A stretch of DNA of 63,538 nucleotides, filler included, from 7 parts of 7 records of this genome joined end to end with filler, not necessarily neighbours in it, one strand, 5' to 3'. Shown: positions 50,358-61,423, numbered from the whole stretch's first letter. Notes: generated from the sequence alone by a model not told the origin. A program made the numbers and translations.

Positions 50358-51302
50358 GATGAAGATCGACATGACGATGCCCGGCACGTTGAGCAGGCCG
50401 AAACCGAAGGTGACCATACCCATGACGAAGGCAGCGATCACCACGCCGGGAATGGAGCCGGAGCCGCCGAGAATATTGACGCCGCCCAGCACCACCATCG
50501 TCACCACCTCAAGCTCCCAGCCGAAGGCAATCGACGGCCTTGTCGCCCCGAGGCGCGAGGTCAGGCAGATCGCGGCAACACCGGACATAAGACCCGTGAG
50601 CAGGAAGAGCGCGAATTTCACTCGTGGCACACGAATGCCGGAAAAGAGCGCACCGACCGGATTGTTGCCGACGACATAAACCGCGCGGCCGAAGTTCGTC
50701 TTGTGCAGGATGACGGCAAAGACGATGGCCAGCAGCGCGAACAGCACGAACTCGAAGGAGATCACCCACCAAACGTACCCCTGCCCGAAAAAGGCAAAGC
50801 TTGAGGGATATCCGGTGTAGGCCTTGTCGCCGAGCACGATATAGGAAATGCCGCGGAAAAGGCTCATCGTACCGATGGTCACCACGATGGACGGCAGACC
50901 GAAACCGGTTACCAGAAAGCCGTTGAAAGCTCCGCACAGCAGACCCGTGCCCAGCCCAATCATGACCAGAACCGGCGTATCGGCGCCCATCTGCACGGCA
51001 AAGCCCATCGCCGTTGAGGCAAGTGCAATGATCGAGGCGACCGAAAGGTCGATTTCTCCGGAAATGATCAACAGCCCCATGGCAAAGGCAATCATCGCCT
51101 TTTCGGTGAAATTGAAGGTCGCGTCGGAGAGGTTCCACGGGTCGAGGAAATAAGGCGAGGCAAAGCTGTTCAGCGTGAAGACGGCGACGGCGACCACGAG
51201 TAGCAGCAGTTCCCAGCTCACCAGAAACCGCTGCAGCGGCGACTTCAGCCTGTCCGGAATCTGACGCCCCTGCACGCCGGTGTCTGGGGTGGCGAGGCTC
51301 AT
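50358..51302 (-). CDS. rhaQ: Rhamnose ABC transporter permease, 3' truncated
   Basis: Sugar permease motif GEIDLSVAS; operon order R-S-T-P-Q as in rhizobial rha loci. Confidence 0.8.
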
Positions 51303-52282
51303 GCTGCGTGCTCCGCTTTTTTCAGGATCACCCGGCCCTTGGTCCTGTTGGACGTGGCGTTGAAGGCTACGGCGATGATGATCGCGCTGCCGGAAATCGC
51401 GAGTTGCCAGAAGGGCGAGATATTGATCACTGGAAGGGCGTTCTTGACGATACCGAGGAACAGCGCACCGAGCAGGGCCCCGCCGACAGACCCGATGCCG
51501 CCGGCAATCGAGATCCCGCCGATGACACAGGCCGCGACCACCTCAAGTTCAAAACCGCCGGCGATATCGACATAGGCAACGGCATAGCGGGCAACCCAGA
51601 GATAGCCGGTGAGACCGGCAAGCGCGCCGGAAATGACATAGGCCGCGCATTGGGTAAGGCCGACATTGATGCCCGTATAGACCGCCGCGTGCGGATTGCC
51701 GCCCACGGCAAAGAAAGCCCTGCCAAGTGGTGTCCGCCCGACCAGAACGATAAACCCGATCACGACGGCGATCGCGATCCACGACAGAACCGGCAGACCG
51801 AGCACGACCTCACGCGGGAAGGCCTTGAAGGCATCGCTCATCTCGTGTGCATTGATCCACTCCCCACCGGAAATGACGAAGATGATGCCCCGGTAGATGG
51901 TCATGGTGCCAAGGGTGACGACAATGGGCGGAATATCCAGCTTCCAGACAAGCAGTCCGTTCGCGAGCCCCATCAAGGCCCCAAGACAGATCGCCAGGGC
52001 CAGGATAACCGGCACCGGCAGACCGGGCATGGCCATGTTGAGCATGGCGACCACCATGCCGGTGAGCGCCAGGTTCGCGGCAACGGACAGATCGATACAC
52101 CGGGTGAGGATCACCACCATCTGGCCGAGGGCCAGAATGATCAGCGGAGCCGTGTCGTTGAAGACATTCGCCAGGTTGGACGGCGCGACGAAGCCGGGAA
52201 AGCGAGTGGCAATGGCCAGCACCAGAACCAGGATGGCTCCGGCGAGAATGGTCTCGCGCGATTTCATCAGCGAGCGGATCAT
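51299..52282 (-). CDS. rhaP: Rhamnose ABC transporter permease
   Basis: RCIDLSVAAN and ELEVVAACVIGG motifs; operon context. Confidence 0.82.
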   Translation of the reverse strand: MIRSLMKSRETILAGAILVLVLAIATRFPGFVAPSNLANVFNDTAPLIILALGQMVVILTRCIDLSVAANLALTGMVVAMLNMAMPGLPVPVILALAICLGALMGLANGLLVWKLDIPPIVVTLGTMTIYRGIIFVISGGEWINAHEMSDAFKAFPREVVLGLPVLSWIAIAVVIGFIVLVGRTPLGRAFFAVGGNPHAAVYTGINVGLTQCAAYVISGALAGLTGYLWVARYAVAYVDIAGGFELEVVAACVIGGISIAGGIGSVGGALLGALFLGIVKNALPVINISPFWQLAISGSAIIIAVAFNATSNRTKGRVILKKAEHAA

Positions 52283-53838
52283 GTGCGCACCTCCGTGATG
52301 CCGGCAGCCGCCCGCACCAGATGTTCGGGCGACAGGTCAGCGCCTTCAAATTCGGCGGCGATACGCCCCTCCCGCATGACAATCACCCGGTCGGACATGC
52401 CGAGAATTTCCGGAATTTCGGACGACACCATGATGACCGCCAGACCTTCGGCGGCCAGTTCCGCCATGAATTCATGCACCGCGGCCTTGGACCCGATGTC
52501 GATGCCCTTGGTGGGTTCGTCCAGGATGATCACCCGAGGTTTGGTCGCAAGCCATTTGGCGATGACAACCTTCTGCTGGTTGCCGCCGGACAGTTCGCCG
52601 ATATCCTGATCAAGAGCTGCTGCGCGCAAGTCCAGCCGCCGCGTGTAATCGCGGGCCAGCTTGAATTCCTCCGCAAGCCGCAGGAACCCCTTGCGTGAGG
52701 TCTCCTTGAGCGACGGCAGCGAGACATTCTGGAAAATGGGCAGGCCCTTGATGGCCCCCTGTTTGCCCCGATCCTCCGGGACATAGACGATGCCCTGCCG
52801 GATGGCCTCGTTGGGATCGCGAATGACGGCGATCCTGTCGTCTATCCGGATTGCCCCTTTGGAAGGCCTGGTCACGCCGAACAGCGCCTGCATGAATTCG
52901 CTGCGCCCGGCCCCCACAAGGCCGTAAAACCCAAGGATCTCTCCCGCACGAAGCGTGAAACCGATGTCCTCGAATTCCGTCGGGTGGCAATAGCCGACAA
53001 CCTTCAGCACTTCCTCACCCAGTTGCGGTGCTCGTTTCGGGAAAACCTGGTCGACCGACCGGCCGACCATGAGCTTGACCAGCTCCTGTTCGGAAACAGC
53101 CTCGATCTTGCCCTTGCCGACCATCTGGCCGTCCCGGAAAACCGTGTAGCGGTCCGCGATGCGGAAGATCTCGTCGAACTTGTGACTGATGAAGAGGATC
53201 GCCTTGCCTTCGGCCTTCAGGCGTTCCACCAGCTCGTAGGTTTCCTCGATTTCCTTGTGGGAGAGCGAGGCGGTTGGCTCATCCATGATGACGATCTTGG
53301 CGTCGATGGAGAGCGCCCGGGCAATCGCCACCAGGTGCTTGTTGGCAATACCGAGATCCTTCAGCGTGACATTCGGATCGATCCTGGCGCCGATCCGGTC
53401 GAGCAGCGCTTGTGCCTTGCGCAGCATTTCCTTGCGGTCGATCAGCCCGAAACGGGTTTTCGGCGCATGGCCGATGAAAATGTTTTCCGCCACCGACAGA
53501 TCATCGAAAAGGACGGTTTCCTGATGGATCGCCGTCACCCCTGCCCGGCCCGCGTCCTGGGCGGTGGGAAAGGAAACCGGTGTGCCATTGATCGCGATTG
53601 CGCCCTCGTCCGACTGATAGATGCCGGTCAGGATCTTCACGATGGTGGATTTACCCGCGCCGTTTTCGCCTACCAGGGCAGTAACTTCCCCCGGGAACAG
53701 CTCCAGCGATACTTCGGAAAGCGCCTTCACGCCCGGGAACGATTTGGAGATACCGCTGAGCGTCAGTACCGGCCCCGCGCCGTCTTCCGTTTGCGGATGC
53801 GTGTCCGCTATGCCCTGCGTGTTCGCAAGCATGACCAT
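52279..53838 (-). CDS. rhaT: Rhamnose ABC transporter ATP-binding protein
   Basis: GENGAGKST and LSGGNQQKV, duplicated ATPase domains; operon context. Confidence 0.82.
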   Translation of the reverse strand: MVMLANTQGIADTHPQTEDGAGPVLTLSGISKSFPGVKALSEVSLELFPGEVTALVGENGAGKSTIVKILTGIYQSDEGAIAINGTPVSFPTAQDAGRAGVTAIHQETVLFDDLSVAENIFIGHAPKTRFGLIDRKEMLRKAQALLDRIGARIDPNVTLKDLGIANKHLVAIARALSIDAKIVIMDEPTASLSHKEIEETYELVERLKAEGKAILFISHKFDEIFRIADRYTVFRDGQMVGKGKIEAVSEQELVKLMVGRSVDQVFPKRAPQLGEEVLKVVGYCHPTEFEDIGFTLRAGEILGFYGLVGAGRSEFMQALFGVTRPSKGAIRIDDRIAVIRDPNEAIRQGIVYVPEDRGKQGAIKGLPIFQNVSLPSLKETSRKGFLRLAEEFKLARDYTRRLDLRAAALDQDIGELSGGNQQKVVIAKWLATKPRVIILDEPTKGIDIGSKAAVHEFMAELAAEGLAVIMVSSEIPEILGMSDRVIVMREGRIAAEFEGADLSPEHLVRAAAGITEVRT

Positions 53839-53872
53839 TTCCCGGAGCCTGGAGTTTCGTTGCTGGTTTCAA

Positions 53873-53899
53873 AGACCCGGTGCGCTTGGCACCGGGTCT
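53873..53899 (-). promoter_or_regulatory. Intercistronic hairpin after rhaS (probable mRNA stabiliser or attenuator)
   Basis: AGACCCGGTGC-GCTTG-GCACCGGGTCT, an 11-bp perfect stem. Confidence 0.55.
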
Positions 53900-53933
53900 G
53901 ACATGTTTCTATCGTCCGGTCCTGGCGACCAGC

Positions 53934-54926
53934 TTAGAAAATGTCCTTGAAGTCGTCGATGTTGGAGCTGTCATAGACGAACGGGTCCGCCATCGCGCCT
54001 TCGTTGCTGTCGTTGAGCGTCAGCGTGCCCATACGTCCCATCGGGATTTCCGCGCCCGGCTTTGCTTCCGCGGCGCCGGTGGACAGGTTGTAGGCCAGCA
54101 TGGTTGCCGAATAGCCAAGGTCGATCGGGTTCCAGATGGCGAACGACTTGGATGCACCGGATGCGATGTGGCCAGCCATTTCTGATGGCAGGCCGAGCCC
54201 GGTCACGTTGACCTGACCGGCTTTTTCGGCGTCGGAGACCGCCTGAGCTGCGGCAACGATGCCCACGGACGTCGGTGCGATGATCGCCTTCAGGTCCGGA
54301 TAGGTCTGCATCAGGCCCTGGGCTTCACGGTAGGATTTGTCGGCAAGGTCATCACCATAGACGGTGGCGACCACGTTGATGCCCGGATAATTGTCCTTCA
54401 CCTTGTTCATTTCCTCGATCCAGATGTTCTGGTTCGTGGCGGTTGCGGACGCGGACAGGACGGCGACATCACCGCCATCGGGCAGATGATCGGCGGCCAG
54501 CTTGATGATCATGTTGCCGATCAGCGGATTGGACGATGGATTGAGGTGAAGCTGGCGACCTTCCGGCGCAACGCCGCTGTCCCAGGAAATCACGGTAATG
54601 CCGCGGTCCATGGCTTTCTTCAGTGCCGGAACCAGGGCGTCCTGATCGTTGGCGGAGATTGCAATGGCATCCACCTTCTGGGCGATCAGCGCGTTGATGA
54701 CCTCGATCTGACCTTCTGCGGTCGTGTCGGTCGGGCCGGTGTAGATGATCTCGACATCGCCGAGTTCCTTGGCAGCCTCTTCAGCGCCCTTCGCGGCAGC
54801 TTCAAAGAAGCCGATGCCGAGCGCCTTGACGACAAGGGCGATGCGTTTTTCCGCGGCACTGGCCGGTGCGGCGATGCAGACGGCGGCGACTGCTGTTGCC
54901 GCCAGAAGTGACTTGAGCAATTTCAT
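53934..54926 (-). CDS. rhaS: Rhamnose ABC transporter substrate-binding protein
   Basis: Signal peptide, KALGIGFFEAA, ISWDSG and WNPIDLGY motifs. Confidence 0.88.
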   Translation of the reverse strand: MKLLKSLLAATAVAAVCIAAPASAAEKRIALVVKALGIGFFEAAAKGAEEAAKELGDVEIIYTGPTDTTAEGQIEVINALIAQKVDAIAISANDQDALVPALKKAMDRGITVISWDSGVAPEGRQLHLNPSSNPLIGNMIIKLAADHLPDGGDVAVLSASATATNQNIWIEEMNKVKDNYPGINVVATVYGDDLADKSYREAQGLMQTYPDLKAIIAPTSVGIVAAAQAVSDAEKAGQVNVTGLGLPSEMAGHIASGASKSFAIWNPIDLGYSATMLAYNLSTGAAEAKPGAEIPMGRMGTLTLNDSNEGAMADPFVYDSSNIDDFKDIF

Positions 54927-54981
54927 GGTCTTCCTCCCTAAAATGCTGCCGGCCCCTCCCAAGGTCCGGACAGTGTGCCGG

Positions 54982-55788
54982 CTACCCGTTCGAGGTTGCC
55001 TTGGTCTGTGCGGCGCTTGTTTCCGCCACGATCAGATGGATGTCGGCCTGTTCCAGCATATTGGCCGCGCTGTCTGGGATCCTGTCATCGGTGATGACGG
55101 TGGAAATCCGCTCGAGCGGGCACAGGATCAGGCTGGAACGTGCGCTGAATTTCGATGAATCCGCCAGAACCACCAGTTCATCCGCCTGGCCGATCAGCTT
55201 CTGCTCGGCCTGAATGAGCAACGGATCGGCCTCCATGAGCCCAAGTGGCCCAAGCCCCTGAGCGCCCATGAACATGCGCGTCGCGTAGAAGTTCCGGGTC
55301 ACGTCATTGTCGAAGGGGCTCAGGATGATGTTCTGTTCGCGATAGATCACCCCGCCCGAGAGCATGATGGTGTTCTTGGAATTCTTGAGGAGATGCTCGG
55401 CAATCGGAAACGAGTTGGTGAACACCTGGCAGCGCTTGGTTGCCAGCGGATGCACCATCTGAAAGGTGGTTGTGCCGCCGTTGATGATGATGGCATCGCC
55501 ATCCTCGCACAACTCCACCGCCTTTTGCGCGATTGCGCGTTTCTGAGCGATGTTGATCGTTTCGTTGACACTGAACGGACGCCCCGCCAAACCGACGAAT
55601 TGCGGCGGATGAATGCTCTCCGCCCCACCCCGCACGCGGCGCAGCTTCTTCTGCACATGCAGCTGGGCAATGTCGCGACGGATGGTCGCTTCCGAGGAAT
55701 CCGTCAACGCCACCAGCTCCTGCACCGTCACGACCGGACGATCCTGGACTGCGGACAATATGATCCTGTGGCGTTCTTTCTCGTGCAT
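54982..55788 (-). CDS. rhaR: DeoR/GlpR-family regulator of the rhamnose genes
   Basis: HTH SEATIRRD, INGGTTT and ADSSKF motifs; RBS GGGAGG; heads the rha transport operon. Confidence 0.85.
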   Translation of the reverse strand: MHEKERHRIILSAVQDRPVVTVQELVALTDSSEATIRRDIAQLHVQKKLRRVRGGAESIHPPQFVGLAGRPFSVNETINIAQKRAIAQKAVELCEDGDAIIINGGTTTFQMVHPLATKRCQVFTNSFPIAEHLLKNSKNTIMLSGGVIYREQNIILSPFDNDVTRNFYATRMFMGAQGLGPLGLMEADPLLIQAEQKLIGQADELVVLADSSKFSARSSLILCPLERISTVITDDRIPDSAANMLEQADIHLIVAETSAAQTKATSNG

Positions 55789-55831
55789 CTGGTCCTCCCA
55801 TTGATCAAACGTTTCCACCAACACCGGTCAA

Positions 55832-55904
55832 TGTCAATCATAAAAAATCAAAAATGATCATTTTGCAGCGCAATATGATTGATATTGATCGTTTTTGATT
55901 GACA
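55832..55904. promoter_or_regulatory. Symmetric operator array in the divergent rhaR/rhaD promoter region
   Basis: (A/G)ATCA at 55836, 55846, 55856 and TGAT(T/C) at 55876, 55886, 55896; outer inverted pair TGTCAATCA / TGATTGACA. Confidence 0.75.
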
Positions 55905-55972
55905 ACCTGATCCGTTCAAGCGAGTTTCTAAACAACGAGACGCAAGCCGTCAGGCTTACCTGGGAGGAAAAG

Positions 55973-58075
55973 ATGTTGAATTCCGCTGCCGGTTCCCGGC
56001 TTGCAAACCTGTGGGATGACCAGAAGGCTTCCGGCATGAGCGAAGCGGAGCTGCTGCTCTACCGCTCCAACCTCCTCGGCTCCGACAAGCGCATCACCAA
56101 CTACGGTGGCGGCAACACCTCCGCCAAGGCGATGGAAAAGGATCCCCTCACCGGCGACCAGGTCGAGGTACTGTGGGTCAAGGGCTCCGGCGGCGATGTC
56201 GGCACCATCAAGATGGATGGTTTTGCGACACTCTACATGGACAAGCTGCGGGCACTTAAAGGGCTCTATCGCGGCGTCGAGTTTGAAGACGAGATGGTCG
56301 CCTGCCTGCCCCATTGCACCTTCAACCTGAACCCGCGCGCCGCCTCCATCGACACCCCACTTCATGCCTATGTGCCGAAAAGCCATGTCGACCATATGCA
56401 TCCGGACGCAATCATTGCCATTGCCGCGGCAAGCGACAGCAAGGCAATCACGCAGGAGATCTTCGGCGCCGACATCGGCTGGCTGCCCTGGAAACGACCA
56501 GGCTACGAACTGGGCCTGTGGCTGGAAAAATTCTGCCTGGAAAATCCGGAGGCTCGCGGGGTCGTTCTGGAAAGTCACGGCCTCTTTACATGGGCTGACG
56601 ACGCCAGGACCTGCTACGAAACCACCCTGGAGATCATCAACAAGGCGATTGCCTGGTTTGAGGAAAAGACGGCAGGAAAAGATGCCTTTGGCGGCTCGAA
56701 ACACCGCGCCCTGACCCCATCGGACCGGCGTGCCGTTGCCGCCCGCCTGATGCCCGCAATCCGGGGGATGGTTTCCGGCAAGCAGCATATGGTCGGTCAT
56801 TTTGACGACAGCGACGCTGTGCTGGAATTCGTCTGCGCCAATGACATGGAAGCCCTTGCCGCCCTCGGCACAAGCTGCCCGGATCATTTCCTGCGCACCA
56901 AGATCCGCCCGCTCGTGGTCGATTTCGATCCCGCGACCCCGGACATCGAGGCAACGCTTGCCGGGCTCGGTCAGGCTGCAGAAGCTTACCGTGACGACTA
57001 TGCCGCCTATTATGAGCGCTGCAAGCACGACGACAGCCCTGCCCTTCGCGACCCGAACGCCGTTGTCTACCTGGTGCCGGGCGTCGGCATGATCACCTTC
57101 GCCAAGGACAAGGCGACCGCGCGGATTTCCGGCGAGTTCTACACCAACGCCATCAACGTCATGCGCGGCGCTTCCAGCGTTTCCACCTATCGCGGCCTGC
57201 CGGAGCAGGAAGCCTTCGACATCGAATACTGGCTTCTGGAGGAAGCCAAGCTGCAGCGCATGCCCAAACCCAAGAGCCTTGCAGGCAAGATCGCGCTGGT
57301 CACTGGCGGCGCCGGCGGCATCGGCTCGGCCACTGCTGAACGCTTTCTGCGCGAAGGCGCTTGCGTGGTGCTGGCCGACATCGACGCGGACGCACTCGGG
57401 GCCACCGCCGACAATCTCACCGCACGCTATTCCAGGGACGTTGTGCGCACGGTGACGATGGATGTCACAAGTGAAGACGCAGTGGCAGACAGCTTTGCCA
57501 GAGCTGCGCTGGAATTCGGCGGTGTCGACATTCTCGTCTCCAACGCTGGCATCGCGTCTTCCGCCCCGATCGATGACACCACGCTTGACCTGTGGAACCG
57601 GAACATGTCGATCCTGTCGACCGGTTATTTCCTGGTGTCCCGTGAGGCCTTCAAGGTCATGAAGACGCAAGGGGTCGGCGGCTCCATCGTGTTCATCGGA
57701 TCGAAGAACGGCCTCGCCGCGTCTCCCGGTGCCAGCGCCTATTGCACGGCCAAGGCTTCCGAACTGCACCTCGCCCGCTGTCTCGCCCTGGAAGGCGCTC
57801 CGGAAGGGATCCGCGTCAATGTGGTCAATCCGGACGCTGTCCTGCGTGGGTCCAAGATCTGGTCCGGTGACTGGCTGAAGGAACGCGCAGAAGCCTATGG
57901 CAAGGACACGTCGGAGCTGGAGGAACACTACCGCCAGCGCTCGCTGCTGAAACTCTCCGTGCTGCCGGAAGACATCGCCGAGGCAACCTACTTTTTCGCC
58001 TCCGAGTTTTCCGCCAAGTCGACCGGGAACATCATCAACGTCGACGCCGGCAACGTTCAGGCGTTCACACGGTAG
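55973..58075 (+). CDS. rhaD: Bifunctional rhamnulose-1-phosphate aldolase / short-chain dehydrogenase
   Basis: GGGNTSAK, SIDTPLH, DHMHPD and CPDHFLRTK aldolase motifs fused to an SDR domain (TGGAGGIG, YCTAK). Confidence 0.92.
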   Translation: MLNSAAGSRLANLWDDQKASGMSEAELLLYRSNLLGSDKRITNYGGGNTSAKAMEKDPLTGDQVEVLWVKGSGGDVGTIKMDGFATLYMDKLRALKGLYRGVEFEDEMVACLPHCTFNLNPRAASIDTPLHAYVPKSHVDHMHPDAIIAIAAASDSKAITQEIFGADIGWLPWKRPGYELGLWLEKFCLENPEARGVVLESHGLFTWADDARTCYETTLEIINKAIAWFEEKTAGKDAFGGSKHRALTPSDRRAVAARLMPAIRGMVSGKQHMVGHFDDSDAVLEFVCANDMEALAALGTSCPDHFLRTKIRPLVVDFDPATPDIEATLAGLGQAAEAYRDDYAAYYERCKHDDSPALRDPNAVVYLVPGVGMITFAKDKATARISGEFYTNAINVMRGASSVSTYRGLPEQEAFDIEYWLLEEAKLQRMPKPKSLAGKIALVTGGAGGIGSATAERFLREGACVVLADIDADALGATADNLTARYSRDVVRTVTMDVTSEDAVADSFARAALEFGGVDILVSNAGIASSAPIDDTTLDLWNRNMSILSTGYFLVSREAFKVMKTQGVGGSIVFIGSKNGLAASPGASAYCTAKASELHLARCLALEGAPEGIRVNVVNPDAVLRGSKIWSGDWLKERAEAYGKDTSELEEHYRQRSLLKLSVLPEDIAEATYFFASEFSAKSTGNIINVDAGNVQAFTR

Positions 58076-58106
58076 TAATCTTCAAGGTAATCGAACCACA
58101 TCTTCC

Positions 58107-58133
58107 CTCATCCTGAGGAGGACCGTCAGGTCC
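58107..58133 (+). repeat. Start of a probable alphaproteobacterial intergenic palindromic repeat, cut by the contig end
   Basis: CCTCATCCTGAGG followed by GGACC-GTCA-GGTCC; resembles the TCATCCTGAGGAG-type repeats I recall from Hyphomicrobiales. Confidence 0.55.
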
Positions 58134-58233
58134 NNNNNNNNNNNNNNNNNNNNNNNNNNNNNNNNNNNNNNNNNNNNTTAATTAATTAANNNNNNNNNNN
58201 NNNNNNNNNNNNNNNNNNNNNNNNNNNNNNNNN
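58134..58233. other. Artificial contig spacer
   Basis: 44 N + TTAATTAATTAA + 44 N. Confidence 0.98.
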
Positions 58234-59510
58234 CACATGCCGTAGTTGCCGGCACCGAAGGAGCCACCAATCACCACTGTGAATTTGGGCACCTTTGCAC
58301 AGGCCACTGCCATGACCATTTTTGCGCCATGGCGCGCAATGCCTTCGTTTTCTACTTTCTTGCCCACCATGAAACCAGTGATGTTTTGCAAAAACACCAA
58401 GGGGATCTTGCGTTGGCAACACAGTTCAATGAAGTGAGCGCCTTTCTGCGCTGACTCGGAAAACAAAATGCCGTTGTTGGCCACAATGCCGACCGGCATG
58501 CCATACAGGCGCGCAAAACCACACACCAGCGTATTGCCAAAGCGGGCTTTGAATTCATCGAATTCGCTGCCATCGACCAGGCGGGCAATGATGTCACGCA
58601 CATCGAATGGTTTTTTCGCATCGGTGGGCACAATGCCGTAAATTTCCTCGGCGCTGTACAGGGGCTCTTTGGATTCCGTCAACGCCCATGGGTAGCGTTT
58701 CTCGGGTCGACCCAAATTGGCCACAATGCGGCGTGCAATTTCCAAAGCATGTTGATCGTTCTCGGCCAAATGGTCGGCCACACCGGAGAGGCGTGTGTGC
58801 ACATCGGCACCACCCAGTTCTTCGGCACTGACAATTTCGCCCGTGGCGGCTTGCACCAAGGGCGGACCACCCAGAAAAATCGTGGCCTGGTTTTTCACGA
58901 TAATGGCTTCATCGCTCATGGCGGGCACGTACGCACCACCAGCGGTACAGCTACCCATGACCACCGCAATTTGCGCAATGCCTTGCGCGCTCATATTGGC
59001 CTGATTAAAAAATATTCGTCCAAAGTGATCGCGGTCTGGAAACACCTCGTCCTGATTGGGCAGGTTGGCCCCGCCAGAGTCGACCAGGTAAATACAGGGC
59101 AAATTGTTCTCTGCGGCCACTTCCTGCGCGCGCAAATGCTTCTTCACGCTCAAGGGGTAATAGGTGCCGCCTTTCACGGTGGCGTCATTGCACACAATCA
59201 TGCAATCCACACCGCTGACGCGGCCAATGCCTGCAATTGCACCGGCACCCGGCGCAGCGCCACCGTACATGCCCCATGCAGCCAGGGGTGCCAGTTCCAG
59301 AAAGGGCGAACCCGGGTCAAGCAAACCCGCCACGCGTTCGCGGGGCAGCAGCTTGCCGCGGGCGGTGTGCCGTTCATTGGCCACCTTCCCGCCACCCTGT
59401 GCCACCACCGCCAAATTGGCTTTTAACTCGTCAACCAGTGTTTTCAGTGCCGCCTGGTTGGCCGCAAAATCGGGGCGGCTTTTGACATTGTTGGAGTCGA
59501 GAACAGCCAT
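58234..59510 (-). CDS. liuB: 3-methylcrotonyl-CoA carboxylase carboxyltransferase (beta) subunit, 3' truncated
   Basis: [36 protein letters not shown] and [11 protein letters not shown] motifs. Confidence 0.85.
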
Positions 59511-59512
59511 GT

Positions 59513-60121
59513 TCAGAAAGGCCCCTGCACAACCCAGCGGCGCAATTGTTCCATGCGGTCCTGGCCCCAGAAGGCTTCACCATCCACCACAAAGTACGGT
59601 GCACCAAACATGCCGGCATCGATGGATTCCTGCACTGCGTTTTTCATTTGTTCCTTCACCGCATCCGTTTGGGCACCTGCAATCAACGCTGCACCATCCA
59701 GTCCGATGGAATCGGCCACCGCCTGCACAGTTGAATCTTCGGTAATGTCCTGCCCATCCACAAAATAGGCTTTGTACAGGGCACGGGTCAGTTCACCCGC
59801 TTTTTCAGGCTGGGTGTTCAGCACCTGCAAAATGGCACGTGAGCCAGTGGTGGCATTGATGGGGAATTTCTTCGGCCAGTTGATTTTCAAGCCATGAAAG
59901 CGCGCGGTGCGCGCGAAGTCTTTTGCGGAGTACTTGCCCTTGGCCGGGTTCATCATGGGCGCGGTGTTCCCAGTGCTTTTGAATACGAAGCCCAACAGAG
60001 TCGGCTTGTAATTCACACTGCGGTTACCTGCTGCCGCAATTTCCTCGATTTGCTCGGCGGCCACATAGCTATAGGGGCTGGTCAAGTCGAAATAGAAATC
60101 AATCGTTTGTTTGGTAGTCAT
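59513..60121 (-). CDS. 2-hydroxychromene-2-carboxylate isomerase / kappa-GST (DsbA-fold) family protein
   Basis: [13 protein letters not shown] and [20 protein letters not shown] motifs. Confidence 0.9.
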   Translation of the reverse strand: MTTKQTIDFYFDLTSPYSYVAAEQIEEIAAAGNRSVNYKPTLLGFVFKSTGNTAPMMNPAKGKYSAKDFARTARFHGLKINWPKKFPINATTGSRAILQVLNTQPEKAGELTRALYKAYFVDGQDITEDSTVQAVADSIGLDGAALIAGAQTDAVKEQMKNAVQESIDAGMFGAPYFVVDGEAFWGQDRMEQLRRWVVQGPF

Positions 60122-60203
60122 GGTGCTGTTGGGCTCCAGATTAAGGTTATTCCTGTGATTCTAACGAACTTAGGGGATACTTCGCGGTGTGGCTTGCGCC
60201 TTG

Positions 60204-60872
60204 TCAGGAAAAAAGCCAACCCAGCCATTGGCTTGCCCAGGGTTGCTTTGAAACCCACATGAACACGGCATAACCACCCCACCACAACAATGCAACCAGC
60301 AAGGCAGCCAATGCCGTGAACACGTAGCCCGCCAGTACCAGCCTGCCGTCCCGAACCCTAAGGCCAAAAGTGATGCACACCATGGCTGCAGCGGGTAACA
60401 CGTTGTCGAATGACGCAAAAGGCACTGGCGCTGCCATGGTGAGCCCGGCGAAGGCCAGCACCAAGCCATTGACGGGACGCATTCGCGGGTGGCTCATGAG
60501 GAACAGGCGCGGCTTGCTGTGGGGGGCCACCCTGCGGATGAACACGCCCAAAAACCGTTTAAGCACATGGGCCGCTTTGGGTGGCAGCCTTTTTTCGCCG
60601 ATCTTTTGTGGAATGGGTACCCCAAACCCCAGGGCATAACCCACACCCAAGAGGAAAGTGAGATAACCCAGGCTGGTCGCAATGCCTGGAATTCCGAAGG
60701 GCAAGAGCAAAGGCAAAGCGGCCAGACCGATCCATGTGAGCTGTTGTTTGGGGCTTCGGCCGATGGCATCAGCCACAGTGGCCTGCGCCATATTGTCAGC
60801 AAACAGCACGACACGCCGCCATGCATAGGGCAGTTCTTCAAGCTGTTTGTCTTGATCGACCGGGTTGGACAA
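60204..60872 (-). CDS. ExoD-like membrane protein
   Basis: LAALPLLLP..IPG, SKPRL and PVPF...NVLPA...RDG pattern with several TM segments. Confidence 0.7.
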   Translation of the reverse strand: MSNPVDQDKQLEELPYAWRRVVLFADNMAQATVADAIGRSPKQQLTWIGLAALPLLLPFGIPGIATSLGYLTFLLGVGYALGFGVPIPQKIGEKRLPPKAAHVLKRFLGVFIRRVAPHSKPRLFLMSHPRMRPVNGLVLAFAGLTMAAPVPFASFDNVLPAAAMVCITFGLRVRDGRLVLAGYVFTALAALLVALLWWGGYAVFMWVSKQPWASQWLGWLFS

Positions 60873-61029
60873 AGTTAATAAGTAAGGTGATTGGCCAATT
60901 ATCTTAGGCGATATTGCGCTTACCCGTGGACTGGCATACCTAATTCGAGCGAAGGGTAAGCCCGATAGACAACATCATCACCTAAGTATCACTCTAGATG
61001 ATGAAAACTTATTCATCACGAGGGTCTTC

Positions 61030-61413
61030 ATGTTCAAACACATTTGTCTGTTAATTGCCCTAGGAATTGGCGCTGCGCCCATCCAACCCGCCTTCGCAGA
61101 ACGCTTTCACGAAGTGCCCCGCCCGATTGATTACTTTGTCAACGGCGAGGAAATCCTCGCGGTGAACACACTCCGCGACGACATTCGAGCCCAAGGCAAT
61201 TTCCCATTGGCCAAAGCATTGCTGGCCATCGGCCGAGACGATCTGCTGGGCTTGAACCGTGGCCTGGACAGCTTTGACATCGGCACTTTGGAAACCCCGC
61301 TGGGCGGCGAATTCGAAGTGGACAAGGAGCAGGTGGCGCAATTTCGCACGACTCGCGCGCAGCGGGCCAGCCGAGGATTGAATCGTCTGGGAGATGGCAG
61401 TGGGTTCAATTGA
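61030..61413 (+). CDS. Hypothetical exported protein
   Basis: Signal peptide ending PAFA; RBS GAGGG; followed by a terminator. Confidence 0.7.
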   Translation: MFKHICLLIALGIGAAPIQPAFAERFHEVPRPIDYFVNGEEILAVNTLRDDIRAQGNFPLAKALLAIGRDDLLGLNRGLDSFDIGTLETPLGGEFEVDKEQVAQFRTTRAQRASRGLNRLGDGSGFN

Positions 61414-61423
61414 TCCAAAGAAC

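Noticed and set aside
55928..57928. 666-aa antisense ORF, and similar antisense ORFs at 3371-4855, 30253-31584, 39879-41108, 48857-50008 and 51308-52609
   Set aside because: They are mirror frames of well-supported genes and have no motifs of their own
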